This document shows, piece after piece, positions 12,410 through 23,482 of a stretch of 47,054 nt of DNA. Location: assembly GCF_004010195.1 (NCBI RefSeq), contig NC_057728.1:44206569-44253622 (forward strand). Reading direction: 5' to 3'. The notes below the pieces were generated by a model. It saw only the letters and a list, made by a program, of their open reading frames with translations, was not told the DNA's origin and ran no database searches. Positions within the stretch are counted from its first letter, which is position 1. Every line of letters starts with the position of its first letter. The translations under genes were made by a program, and so were the position numbers. Source of the stretch: Chiloscyllium plagiosum. Taxonomy: Eukaryota.

Positions 12410-12592
12410 AGGCATGCTTCCCAATCAATAATTACTTTTGAAGTGTTACTGTTAAGCAAGTAAGCACAACGAGTTGCAGGCAGCAATGTCCCACATACAG
12501 CTATGGCTAAGCAAACAAAGTCTGTCTCAATAATATTGATGAGGATAAATGTAGCCAGGACATTGAGTAAACTTTCTTGCTCTTGTTGAATA
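12410..12592 (-). mobile_element. Ancient SINE fragment, possibly DeuSINE/SacSINE1-like
   Basis: Degenerate match to a recalled shark Deu-domain SINE (acttttgaagtgt...gataaatgtagccaggaca...tgctctt). A possible + strand head fragment lies at about 12748-12905 (gatgagccgttaaatcaaga). Confidence 0.4.
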
Positions 12593-12929
12593 CTAACTTT
12601 TTTTTTAACTTTTTCACTTGTATTCGTCTTGCATTTTCCTTGTTCTTTACTCATTTCTATTTTCACTGATTTATTGGGTTCTTTTATCCTTCATTTAAAT
12701 TTTATACTCCCAATATCACCTACAAACCTGTCTATGATTTAATTTAGGTGGCTGTCTTTAGCTTAGTGGCAAAATGTTAGCCTCTAATTCAGAAGATCAC
12801 TTCCCACTGGATCCTATATAATCTGGGTTTACATCATACAGTATTGATAGATTATTACAGTTTTGGTGATCCAACTTTTAGATGAGCCGTTAAATCAAGA
12901 TCCCAATTTTCTCCCACAAAATATTTGAA

Positions 12930-13447
12930 TTTGGCACTAACTGTCATAAAACTGACCGTTTCCCATAAACAAACTGTAGAATGGCAGAATAATGTCATAA
13001 TAATGAGTTTTTTTAGATTAGATTAGATTAGATTACATTACAGTGTAGAAACAGGCCCTTCGGCCCAACAAGTCCACACCGACCCGCCGAAGCGAAACCC
13101 ACCCATACCCCTACATTTACCCCTTACCTAACACTACTGGCAATTTACATGGCCAATTCACCTGACCCTGCACATCTTTTTGGACTGTGGGAGGAAACCG
13201 GAGCACCCGGAGGAAACCCACGCAGACACGGGGAGAACGTGCAAACTCCACACAGTCAGTCGCCTGAGGCGGGAAAGTTTTTCTGAAATAGTGAGAGGTT
13301 TACTCCACATTAAAACACCAGCTTTGGCACTAACTGTCATAAAACTGACCGTTTCCCATAAACAAACTGTAGAATGGCAGAATAATGTCATAATAATGAG
13401 TTTTTCTGAAATAGTGAGAGGTTTACTCCACATTAAAACACCAGCTT
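12930..13447. repeat. Tandem duplication of a ~123-bp unit; the first copy carries the SINE
   Basis: 12930-13012 plus 13283-13324 is identical to 13323-13447. Confidence 0.92.
13013..13275 (-). mobile_element. Young, 5'-truncated HE1-like V-SINE
   Basis: CpG-rich, near-consensus V-domain and a (TAATC)n tail. Flanked by a 7-bp TSD AGTTTTT (13006-13012 and 13276-13282). Confidence 0.93.
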
Positions 13448-16400
13448 GTATTTATATAGCACCATAACATTAGTAGAACATCCTAGGACACTACACAGCA
13501 ACATTATCAAACATTAGAGTACTGATTGCAGCTGACAAAATGTGACCAAAGCATAAACTACATCATTTTGCAGCACTCAACATGTCTCACATAAATGATT
13601 CTAAAATTTACAAAATAAGATTTAAAAACTGGGTGCATACACTGCAGTTATCCAGCACTAATGTTGTAAGAAGATCCTTCAAGGAATTAGTAGTGAAGTT
13701 ACGACAACTACATGCATAGCATCAATTTTATATAAAGTAAAGAGCCACACTAAAAGCAATGATGCACTGCAACAGAACAATGAAAGAACTAAAGAAACTG
13801 ATATCAGAAGTTTTATTGTATTTCCTCTGTGACTTTTTATATAACTGTCTTTCTGTTGAGCATTCAACCTTTTCCCTGCAGTCTACATGCACATGATTTT
13901 GAACAGCTGCATTTGGAGAAACTGTTTCTCCAACATCTGCTAATTTACTTTCTCTTCTGTGCCTGAAAAAGAACACTTTGAAGTTCTGTCTGAAATGCAT
14001 TAAGCAAAAAGTTAAGTGTATTCTTACATTTTGTTTTTGTGATGCCTACATTGAATTCAGTACTTTTGAAATACCCTCCTTGTGCCTTTAATGCCATGAC
14101 CCAGATAACATATGTGTGTTAATGGAAAACCAATGTATTTGTACTTTTTATCTGAAGTATTGTGACAAACCTTTGCTTCGCCCGTCAGAACTATGTGGGT
14201 AGTAAAATTTTTCACTGTAAATTGTTTCTATCCAATGTCATTTCATACAAACAATCACAGGATACTAAGTCTAGAGTTACACCTTCAGGCAAAGCACAAA
14301 AATTATAATAAAAAGGTCTGCATAGTTTGTAAATCTCTGTGGTCAGTGGAGCTTTGCAGACTGGAATCAGTTTGTTGCTATTCAAATTTGTTGAATATTA
14401 TATCGTTTGTATTAACAGAGATGCCAAACATGGAATTCTGTGCATGCCAGACTGACAATTACCAGTTATTTTTGCATGACTCCGAACATTACATTGAGTA
14501 ACAAATATAGAGCCAGATGGAGGTTGCCATGCACTATGCAGAAAGAATCAAAATCGTAATAAAAAAAGTTTTAGGTAGAACATGATTGATTTGACCACCC
14601 AGAAATGGACTTGGCCAAGGCTATCCGGCATTTGACTGTCAATCAGTAGCCGGAGGGACTTTCTGACCCCTGCACCTACAACAAATACAACTTAACAGTT
14701 GGTTAATAGTTTATTTACCAAATGGCACAAACACAACAGAATTTAATAGATTCACGTCATTAACATTGATCCTGTACAGCTAGAAATCAATTATGTTGTC
14801 TCATTATATTTGTGTATTCTAGTCCCAGTTTATATTTAGCTTGATTAGCTTGTGTAAACTAATGCCTAAAAAGTGTCACCCCCTATCTAACCCCGGTTTC
14901 ATTCTGAGGTTGGTTCTCTGTGTCTATAGCTGCTATTATTTTGGGATGGACATAAAAGAATCAAAAAAGACATTATTTGACAACAGACTCTAAGTTGACC
15001 TAACCATCTTGGATTTTACTTGTCTATATGATCATTGCATAGCAGCAGCCTAATGATTAATTTACTGTGTTGTGGACCTCAAGCTGTTCATGAGTTTGGT
15101 ATCTTTTCAGTTGACGTTGCATTTGTTTGCTCTTTAGCTGATTTTATAAAACATCTCATCCACAGGAAGTGAAGCAAGCCTTTTGATCATTTGACCATAA
15201 AAGCTGTAGGTGGTGTCATTTTTTAATATAAGTCTAGCAGTAGTGGATTATTGAACTCCAGCATTAATGATTGGTGGGAGTGAAAAGTTCCATAAGCTGC
15301 ATTCAATAAAAAGCAATCTGTTTGAGAAACTTCAATATACATTTATTTCCCATTCTATTGCCCATTCGTCTTGTGACCTGCAAAGCATACAAACATAATG
15401 AAGGTGACATATATCCTGAAGCAAATATAATGTCAGAGATTGTTTGCAAAGAAAATGAATGAGCAAATCAAGTTGAAAGGAAGGCTCTGTGAATTGTGTA
15501 TGTGATCAACAGGGTTTCCTATTCAGTACTTGGATGGTTAGGCATTCCTTTTGACAACTTGTCTTAGCCACTGAAGATGCATGGCAACAGAGGGAATAAA
15601 GATGAGAGAAATGTTTTTGGCTGGAGGTTGTCCCAGAAACAAAGTTTTTTGTGGAACTGAAGACTAATGGTTGAAAACCAAGACAGTTGTGTGAATGTCT
15701 CAGATGTGGTCATATCCTTCTTCATAAACCAGCAGGAAATTTGGCTGCATACCAACTCTTCCTATCCTTTTTGACAATGAATAAATATGGTTCACCCAAG
15801 TATATTAAATGAATGAAATTAGAAGCAACTTTGCAGTTGTAACTCTCACCTCAGACTTCAAGTGCTGTCATATCACAGGATACTAAAAATAATAGGCACG
15901 GGTGTTACAAATGTTTGAAGTAATTTGCTATTTTTTAAAGAGATCCCTTGGATGCAGATGCCTCCAAATGCAAATGATGAGGATTTTGGCAAAAGTAGCA
16001 GAAACACTCTTTATATGAAATTTCAATTTTCTGAGCTACACAACTGTGTTGATATGAAGTTTGATAAAGCTGCCATCAGGGTTGTGCAGTTCACATGCCA
16101 ATGTTTGTCAATAACAAATGAGGTAACGAACCAGAACCATTCTTAGATGTTATACAATCTACTGCAGGTGATTCTTTCAGCCATATACATTGGACACAAA
16201 TTCTTGAAGGAGTGGGAGAAATTCCTAATTTCTAATTCCTAATTGACCAAATAATTCCAAACTAACCTAACCCTAACCCTATCACAGATCCTTCCCGTCT
16301 GCCTGGGTGCAGAAGCAGCCACAGATTGCCCTGCAGAACTAGTTCCCCTCACTACTATGATAACCTAGCTGAAAACTTTTGAATTTACCTTCTTTCGAAT

Positions 16401-17669
16401 ATGTTAAGAGCTATCTCCAGCTGTAGTACCATCTCTTTTAGTCAAATTATATTGCAGCCTATTGCTCCTGTCAGGCTGGAAGACCTATACTTTGCCTTCC
16501 AGTTGGCCTGTTTCAAGGCTGCTGATGAGATGCCTTTGCTAAAGTCACTGCTGGCGAGTGTTTAGACCTTTGTTTCCAGTCCCTGGGCATTGTTTCTGTT
16601 CCTGTGTCTGGTAACAATGGGGCCAACAAACAAACTAAGGAGCCACTCACACTGAAGAATTTTCTCAGGTGGCACACAAGAAAGTAAAAACGTTGATTCC
16701 ACTTCACTTTTTTTATTAGTTTCACATACAGCAAAACCGATTGTGATCATGTATGTGGGATTAATGTGAAAACTGAAAGACCATAGACACAACATTTAAA
16801 CAAACACTACTTTTAAGAAAGTGGAATTTTATGATTATAGACAAAATTGACATTCCACAACACACAACATTAGTTTTTCAGGGCAAGAGATCTTGTTAAG
16901 CAGTAATTAAGAACTTAGTACATTGTTAAATACTTAACTACACATTATTTCATATGGCCTAATCTTTCAAAAGGTTTTTACAGCAGCACCAGCAGCAAAA
17001 TAAAATAGTTCATGCCAATTATAAGTGATTTCAAAAGGTTTCCATCTGTCGGGAATTTGACCAAACACCATGTGCTACAGCAAAGAATTATATACAGCAA
17101 CATCTGAATCTCTGTATTTATTAGCACATGTGATGATGGTAAAAGTTGTTGTCAGTTTTACACTTTTAATTCTGGCATTTGCTAAATGTTTTACCATCAA
17201 TACAACAAATTCTATGGACTCAAACCTACCATGAAAATGAATCTATGTGCATTCAGCATTTATATTCACCTTTACCCTTCAATGGCTTGTACAACTTTCT
17301 GGTGCTTTACAAAATGAAATGTTGAATATAACAGCAGCTTAAGACGTAAGACCATGCAGCATTGCACTTACAGTACAATCACTGGCTTTGACATATCATA
17401 GTTTTATTCCCAGGGTCATTTTTGGAGTGATGAGTTATTTTTAAGATAATATTGGTCTTAAATGTGTGCTGTTTAAGAAAATACAGATCACTACCCTGGA
17501 GCCAATTAATTTTGAATTCTACACAATAGTATTTGAATTAAAATGTTCATAAACTGATCTGGTGAAGAATTGATTCATATAAGTAATTGTTCATATGACA
17601 CCCCTCTCTGTACTCACTATTTTTTCAGTATGTCTGATTTCTCTCTAACACCATTCTCTTTTCTGAAAG

Positions 17670-17864
17670 TACCCTGTAGCATTGATGAACCTGGGAGCCA
17701 TTCTTCACCTGAATGGAAAGCTGCATGAGGCTGAAGCTAATTACCTCAGAGCTCTTCAACTCAAGCCTGATGATACTATTACTCAGTCCAACCTTCGCAA
17801 ACTGCGGAACATCATGGAGAAACAAGGCTTGAATGTGCAAAAAAAAAAGACCTTAAACAAATAG
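17670..17864 (+). CDS. TMTC2: TMTC2 last coding exon (final TPR repeat and C-terminus)
   Basis: Branch-like CTAAC at 17645, pyrimidine tract, and AG at 17668-17669. Translation YPVALMNLGAILHLNGKLHEAEANYLRALQLKPDDTITQSNLRKLRNIMEKQGLNVQKKKTLNK* closely matches the recalled TMTC2 C-terminus (YPAALMNLGAILHLNG...QSNLRKLWNIMEKQGL). Confidence 0.95.
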   Translation, partial: YPVALMNLGAILHLNGKLHEAEANYLRALQLKPDDTITQSNLRKLRNIMEKQGLNVQKKKTLNK

Positions 17865-19725
17865 ACTATTGAAATATTAAACTAGAAGGAATCAGCAAAG
17901 GTCTGCAGGCCGTATATCTTTTAGTTGCTATACTGGCAATGGCCTCCAGACTAACCACACTGGAGTTTGCAGAATCAATGGAAAGGCATTTGGTTACTAT
18001 GGGATTTGCCAGCTGCACTCACTGACCGAACATAGCCAGAAGCTCTTGCATCTTTCTAAGCAAGAGAGGGGGTGTTCCACATATTTCTCCAGCTATAATT
18101 TCCCTAATTGTTTAGAAGATTTAATCAAAAATGATTTTGTTCGAGATCTGAGCAGTTGTCCAAATGATTAGACTCTTGCCAATCCACTTGGCGTACTAGC
18201 CTTCAATAATAAACCAAGGTCCAGATGAGCTGAAAGCAGAGAGGAGATCCCCATTTCCTAGGTAGGCCAATTGCTACATGCCTTTTGTTTCATCTGGGGC
18301 ATTTGTGGGTACTGCCCTTTACAAAGTTAATAGAAAGCTCCCAGACAGATGGAAAACTGGTATTGGAGGGGTTGAAGGTGGTGGATTTGACAGGTCTTTG
18401 CTGGAATTCTGTCAACTCTGATTTAACAAAAGCTTGGTTCCCCTTGGTTCTGCCTACCGGCAGATAATCAGAGCACTTAGTAAATCAGATTAGTGAATAA
18501 CTAATACTTTTTGGATGATGATTAATATGGTTAACAAATTATTTTTCTCATTAAGAACATGTCAGTCTCAATCCCCGCCACTGAAATACATTGCCTTGTT
18601 CACATAGTTGATGCTGAAAATATCCTTCCATCTGCATCTCTGAATAGCTGGTTACTTGTGCTATAACCGACCACTTAATTATGAGCAAGTTGCAGACAAT
18701 GCACAGTGCCCGTGGATTTACCAAATTATTGAAGATTTTGTGAATAATAGCAGGTCCCTTTCAAGGCTAATGTAACTGTGGAGGGTTCCGATAGGTTATC
18801 AGTACAATAACTATCAGAGCTTAAGGTCGAGTATTTGTAAAGTGTGCCCACGTCTGCATAGGTATCTTTGGTGTTTGATATGTTATGTATCGTTCTGAAG
18901 TACTGTAAACAATTGTGCATAGACAACTTTGATGTTGGTTTTCACAAAAATGATATTGGGCCATTTCATTGACTATGAGTTACTGTAATTAAAAGGGAAA
19001 GAGAAAGAAAACATTAAATTGTATCTCAATCTCCTGTAGCAATAGCAGAATACCTTTATAAAATGTTATTGAATTCAAATTCAAAGACATATTTGTTGGT
19101 ACTTTACAGGTAAAAGGAAATAAATCAAGACCTGCATTTGTTCTACTAATATTTCTATTTCAGTTTCTTTACATTTGTTATCGTTCTAATAACTGAAGAC
19201 ATTCAGTTGATTTTACTGGCCATACTAGAGCAGATGTATTTTCATGACTTCTGAGTCACAACACAAAGCCATCACTTTGCATCCATACTTTTCTCATTTA
19301 AATCAAACAGCAGGGACTTTTTCTTCTTTTGTGTGATTGCGTGGCACAAGTGACTAATTGCTCTGACTTTGTTGGCATTGTGTTGTAGCAATGATTCATT
19401 CATGGGTCTGTCCAAGAGTTAAGGGTGAAACCTAAGCCATGTGGGGGGAGAATTCCTCTCTTCCCAGCCAATGCTTTCAGGTTCTGAGAAAAGCTGATAA
19501 TTATTACATTTGTGTTGCTGCTCAGGGATTGCATACAGTGGAGTAATTCCAGATGGTGCTAAAGAGCACAGGGCGTGTTTACTAAATTAAAAGTTTTATT
19601 TTTTGAAATTGTTCTATTTGTATAAATTATCCAAATTTGTAGATGTGTTTCCTTTTGTATAACGACTGTGTACATGCCAACACACAAGCTTTCCCCAATA
19701 AAAAAATGCAGTGATGGAAAACGCG
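17865..19725 (+). other. TMTC2: Probable TMTC2 3' UTR (about 1.85 kb)
   Basis: No recognisable repeats between the stop codon and the best poly(A) context; repeats resume at about 19985. The 3' end is inferred. Confidence 0.6.
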
Positions 19726-19752
19726 ACTCACGAGTGTTTGTGGTTTTTATAA
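19619..19752 (+). terminator. Polyadenylation signal region
   Basis: AATAAA at 19697-19702. Four upstream TGTA (CFIm-type) motifs at 19619, 19638, 19656 and 19669. GT/T-rich downstream element gtgtttgtggtttttat at about 19734-19750. Confidence 0.7.
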
Positions 19753-20252
19753 TTATACTTCACGGCATACTGTTTGACAATATTCCTTGCAACAAATGTT
19801 GCAAAGAAAAAAAAATACCTAACATAATTAAGCAGAATAAGAATGGCTTCATTAAGTGAAAATCATGCGTGACAAATGTATTAGAATTTTTTGATAAGAC
19901 ACCACACAGAATAGGTAAAGGGCAGCCATTAGATTTAACATTTGAATTTCCAAAAGGTGTGCAATAAGATACCTGCACTTTGGCAGGATGAACACAAGAT
20001 GTTATTTAAGTGGAGAAAGACTTGCAGAGAACTACAGCAAAGATGATCTTTGGGAGTTCTCATGCATGAATCACAAAAAAAAGCATTCAAATATAACAGG
20101 TAAGAGGTAAAGCAAATGGCCTTTTATTTCAAAGCAATTGCAGTCTAAAAATAGGGTGGGCTTTCTAAACACCACATGACATGAATTAGACAACACCTGA
20201 AATACTGTGAACATTTTTGTATCACTTATCTAAGGAAAAAATGTACTGGACC

Positions 20253-20870
20253 AAAATAAAACCAAAGAGCTGTGGATGCTGGAAATCTGAAACAAAATAA
20301 CCCAAAAATTTCTGGAGAAACTTAGCAGGTCTGGCAGCATCTGTAGAGAGAAAGTATACTTAACATTTCAGGTCCAGTAACTGTTGTTCAGAACTGGTTG
20401 GACTGTGGAGGCAATGGCCTACTTGCGCTATTGCTAGATTATTCATCCAGACACTCAGCTAATGTTCTGAGGACCTGGGTTTGAATTCTGCCATGTCAGA
20501 AGATGAAGTTTTAATTCAATAATAATCTGAAATTAAGAATCTACTAATGACTGTGAAACCATTGTCGATTTTTGGAAAAATCCATCTTGTTCACTAGTGT
20601 CCTTCAGGGAAGGAAATCTGCCATCGTCCCTTGGCCTGGCTTACATGTGACTTCAGAACCACAGCAATCTGGTTGATATTCAACTGGCCTCTGTAATGAA
20701 CTGAGCAAGCCACTCAATTTAAAGGCAACAATGGATGGGCAATAAGTGCTGGCCAATCAGTGAAGCCCATATGCCATGAATAAATTAAAAAAGAAATCAC
20801 TGGGACCAGAATCATTAACTCTGCTTTCTCTCCAAACCTACTGAATTTCTGCAGCAATTTCAGTTTATGC
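20253..20870. mobile_element. Palindromic Penelope-type pLTR element, itself interrupted by a SINE
   Basis: Left arm ctggagaaacttagcaggtctggcagcatctgtagagagaaag...ttaacatttc (to about 20395). Inverted right arm ttaactctgctttctctcc...ctgcagcaatttc (20816-20870). Confidence 0.65.
20407..20790 (+). mobile_element. Full-length tRNA-derived SINE with L2-like tail
   Basis: Head with B box gggtttgaattc. Same core and tail as the copies at 7158 and 28311. Confidence 0.82.
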
Positions 20871-23482
20871 TGTGAGGCATTGGAGACAGACCAGATAAAG
20901 TTCCCTAGGTTGATCTCAGGTTTGGCATGATTTTCTTCTGGAGATAGACTGAGAAGGGTGGGCTTGTACTCATAAGAGTATCGAAGAAAGAGAGGCAACC
21001 TTATGAAACAGATAAGATTCAAATAGACTAGATGTAAAGATGTTATTTCCCTTGCAGGAATCTAGGACCAGGCAGTCCAATCTCAGAATAAAGGGTCACC
21101 CATTGAAGTAAGAGGTGGTAAATCTGTGGAGTTCTTTACTGCAGTGGCTGTAAAGACTGAGACGTTAAGTATGAGAGTTCTTTTAAATTGGAAAGGGAAT
21201 CAAGGATTATGGGAAACAGGCAGGAAAATGGAGTTGAGAATTATTAGATCAGCCAAGATCTCATTGAAAGGTGGATCAGATTTAATGTGCTGACTGGCCT
21301 ACATCTGCTCCAAAGTTTTATGGTCTTATCATCCAAGAGTTACTGCCTAACATAAACAAGCCCCTGTTAACACTTTGGATCTGACATTTGGATAAATGAT
21401 CGTATTATACATTTCAATAAACTGCAATGACGCAAAGCCAACAGAAATGTTGGGCATTGTAGTTACCATTATTAAAAAATACTATAAAAAAAACATAAGT
21501 GTATAATCTAACGATAAACAAGTGACACATTAATTCCTGACCAACGTACATGTGATATTAAAGACAAGTATGTTGCTGTTGTCATTTATTCAACATTTTT
21601 AATATTTCTTAAGTTATGACATGTTTAAAATCTCATTTAAAGTCAGCTTCTATTTAGATCTATCATAAATATTTACAGAAAAAGTATTCCCATTGTTACT
21701 AAACCAGATCTGATATGATATAAAATGTAAGAATTTTAATTTATTTATTCTGTTAGGAAACCATATACATTATAATTTTAATTTAGCAGAAATGTTTCAA
21801 ACATCAATCAAATTGTTGGAAAGTGTTCCATGGAAGACTTTACAACTGTTGATGATGTGACTTTCATTTTAACATTTGAATAGTGTGTAATCTGACATAT
21901 TATAGTCATTTCCCATACACTGAAATACCACTCCGCTCAGAGGGGTGAATAGGAGACATAATATAGATGCCACACTATTGTGTCTGTAAGGGAAAATGCT
22001 CTGTGAATGGAATTAGATTTGACTGTACCCTGCTTTATATATGTGCATCAGTACATTTCCTTCCATGGGCAAAGCAGGGACTTTGCATTAAGGTTTTGAT
22101 TTTTCAGTGGAACCCACTAGAAAATCTCTGTGGGGACCTTATATAACACAATTAGATTTTATTTGTTCTTTAAAGAATACTTCACAGAAAAGACTTGTGC
22201 TACACAGATGCTTTTCCATCTGCTAACAGAACATTTGTGGCAAGGCAGCTGACTAGTAATATTAATTGGCTAATATGTATGACATTCCCTAATGGGCTAA
22301 AATGGTGCTGAGCACCATAAACTGTTATTGTATGTCAAGCAAATCTGCCTGAGAACATGCCAGAGCATGAAAAAAATTAATATATTTTGCTGTGAACTGT
22401 TGCCCTAAATATTTTGAGCAATTTCCTTTTAATGAAGCCATTGGATGGAATAAAAGAGATCTTGAAAAACATGTGAAGACACAGGTGTTACACATATGGG
22501 TTTCTTGGTTTAAAAAGCAGTGACACTTCTTTCCCTGGATCAAAGTCTTTGCTTAAATTAAATTACCCGATAATAAATTGAATTCTGTGGAAAGTTCTTT
22601 GAAATCTGTGATAGGTGCATTCCATTAGGCAACAATTTAAATGGACTAAGCAATTTCTTTGACACTTCTGCAGAACGAAAATGATCCCTGAGTTATAAAT
22701 TACTTGACTGGATATTAAATTTACCTCAATAAAATGACACAATCCACTTTTCTTCACAACTAACTCTTTTGCATGAAAGCAGACATTTGTATTTTATTTT
22801 AGTTGTTTGATACACCATAGTTTCTTTCATCCATTTACTTGCATTAATTTCTGTAGCTGCCTTTCTGAACCATAATTACTAAATGTACTCAAAACACTAT
22901 TTGAGTTCATAGTGGCAACTCTAATAAAGCGGCTACATAAAAAGATATGTTACATTTGTATCAGTGAGAGCCAAGCATTCCAGAAGAATGGTAAGAACAT
23001 CTACATCAGAGTGAGGAGAAGATTAATTGGAAATAAATGCGTGTATTGAATACATTGCCCTAGTAATACTGAAAAACAAATTAAATGCTGTGCTGTTCCT
23101 CGTAATAATTGGTTCCACTTGCAATTCAACTGCCGTGATCATATTTCTTACTGATTAAAGATATATATTTATTGTTCACCCCAGAGTAAATTAAAAACTC
23201 AAATTAATTTTCATTTTTATTTCCTGATTCTGTAAATGTTAGTATTGCATTTTCATTCTTTTCTAAAACTATGGCTAGATCTATAATGCTTGACTGATGC
23301 TTCTGTTCTGCTTTTACCTACTTGCTGGCTTTTTTTTTGTTAATTCTGTTATTCATGAAAATTCTGCTTTTTGTTTTCATTCCTAAATTGAAAATGGTTG
23401 GGATTTTTGCCTCAAAGAATGTTTTGAGTTTCTTTTGTTGTTGATTTATAGTGAGTTAGGCTCAAGTCTGACCAATAGCTTA

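Larger units (their letters stand above)
19985..21330 (+). mobile_element. Decayed CR1 3' part, interrupted at about 20250-20875
   Basis: RT C-terminal-like sequence stops at atgtactgg (20249) and resumes at ggcattggagacag (20876). Ends in a ttttatggtcttat tail. Confidence 0.8.

Noticed and set aside
13158..13467. ORFs with internally repeated peptides
   Set aside because: They result from the DNA tandem duplication plus SINE sequence.
17682..17864. Stand-alone 60-aa ORF from the track
   Set aside because: It is the spliced last exon of TMTC2, which starts at 17670.
17839..17864. Di-lysine ER-retrieval signal at the C-terminus
   Set aside because: TMTC TPR domains are luminal whereas KKXX signals act in the cytosol, and the spacing depends on the uncertain A run.
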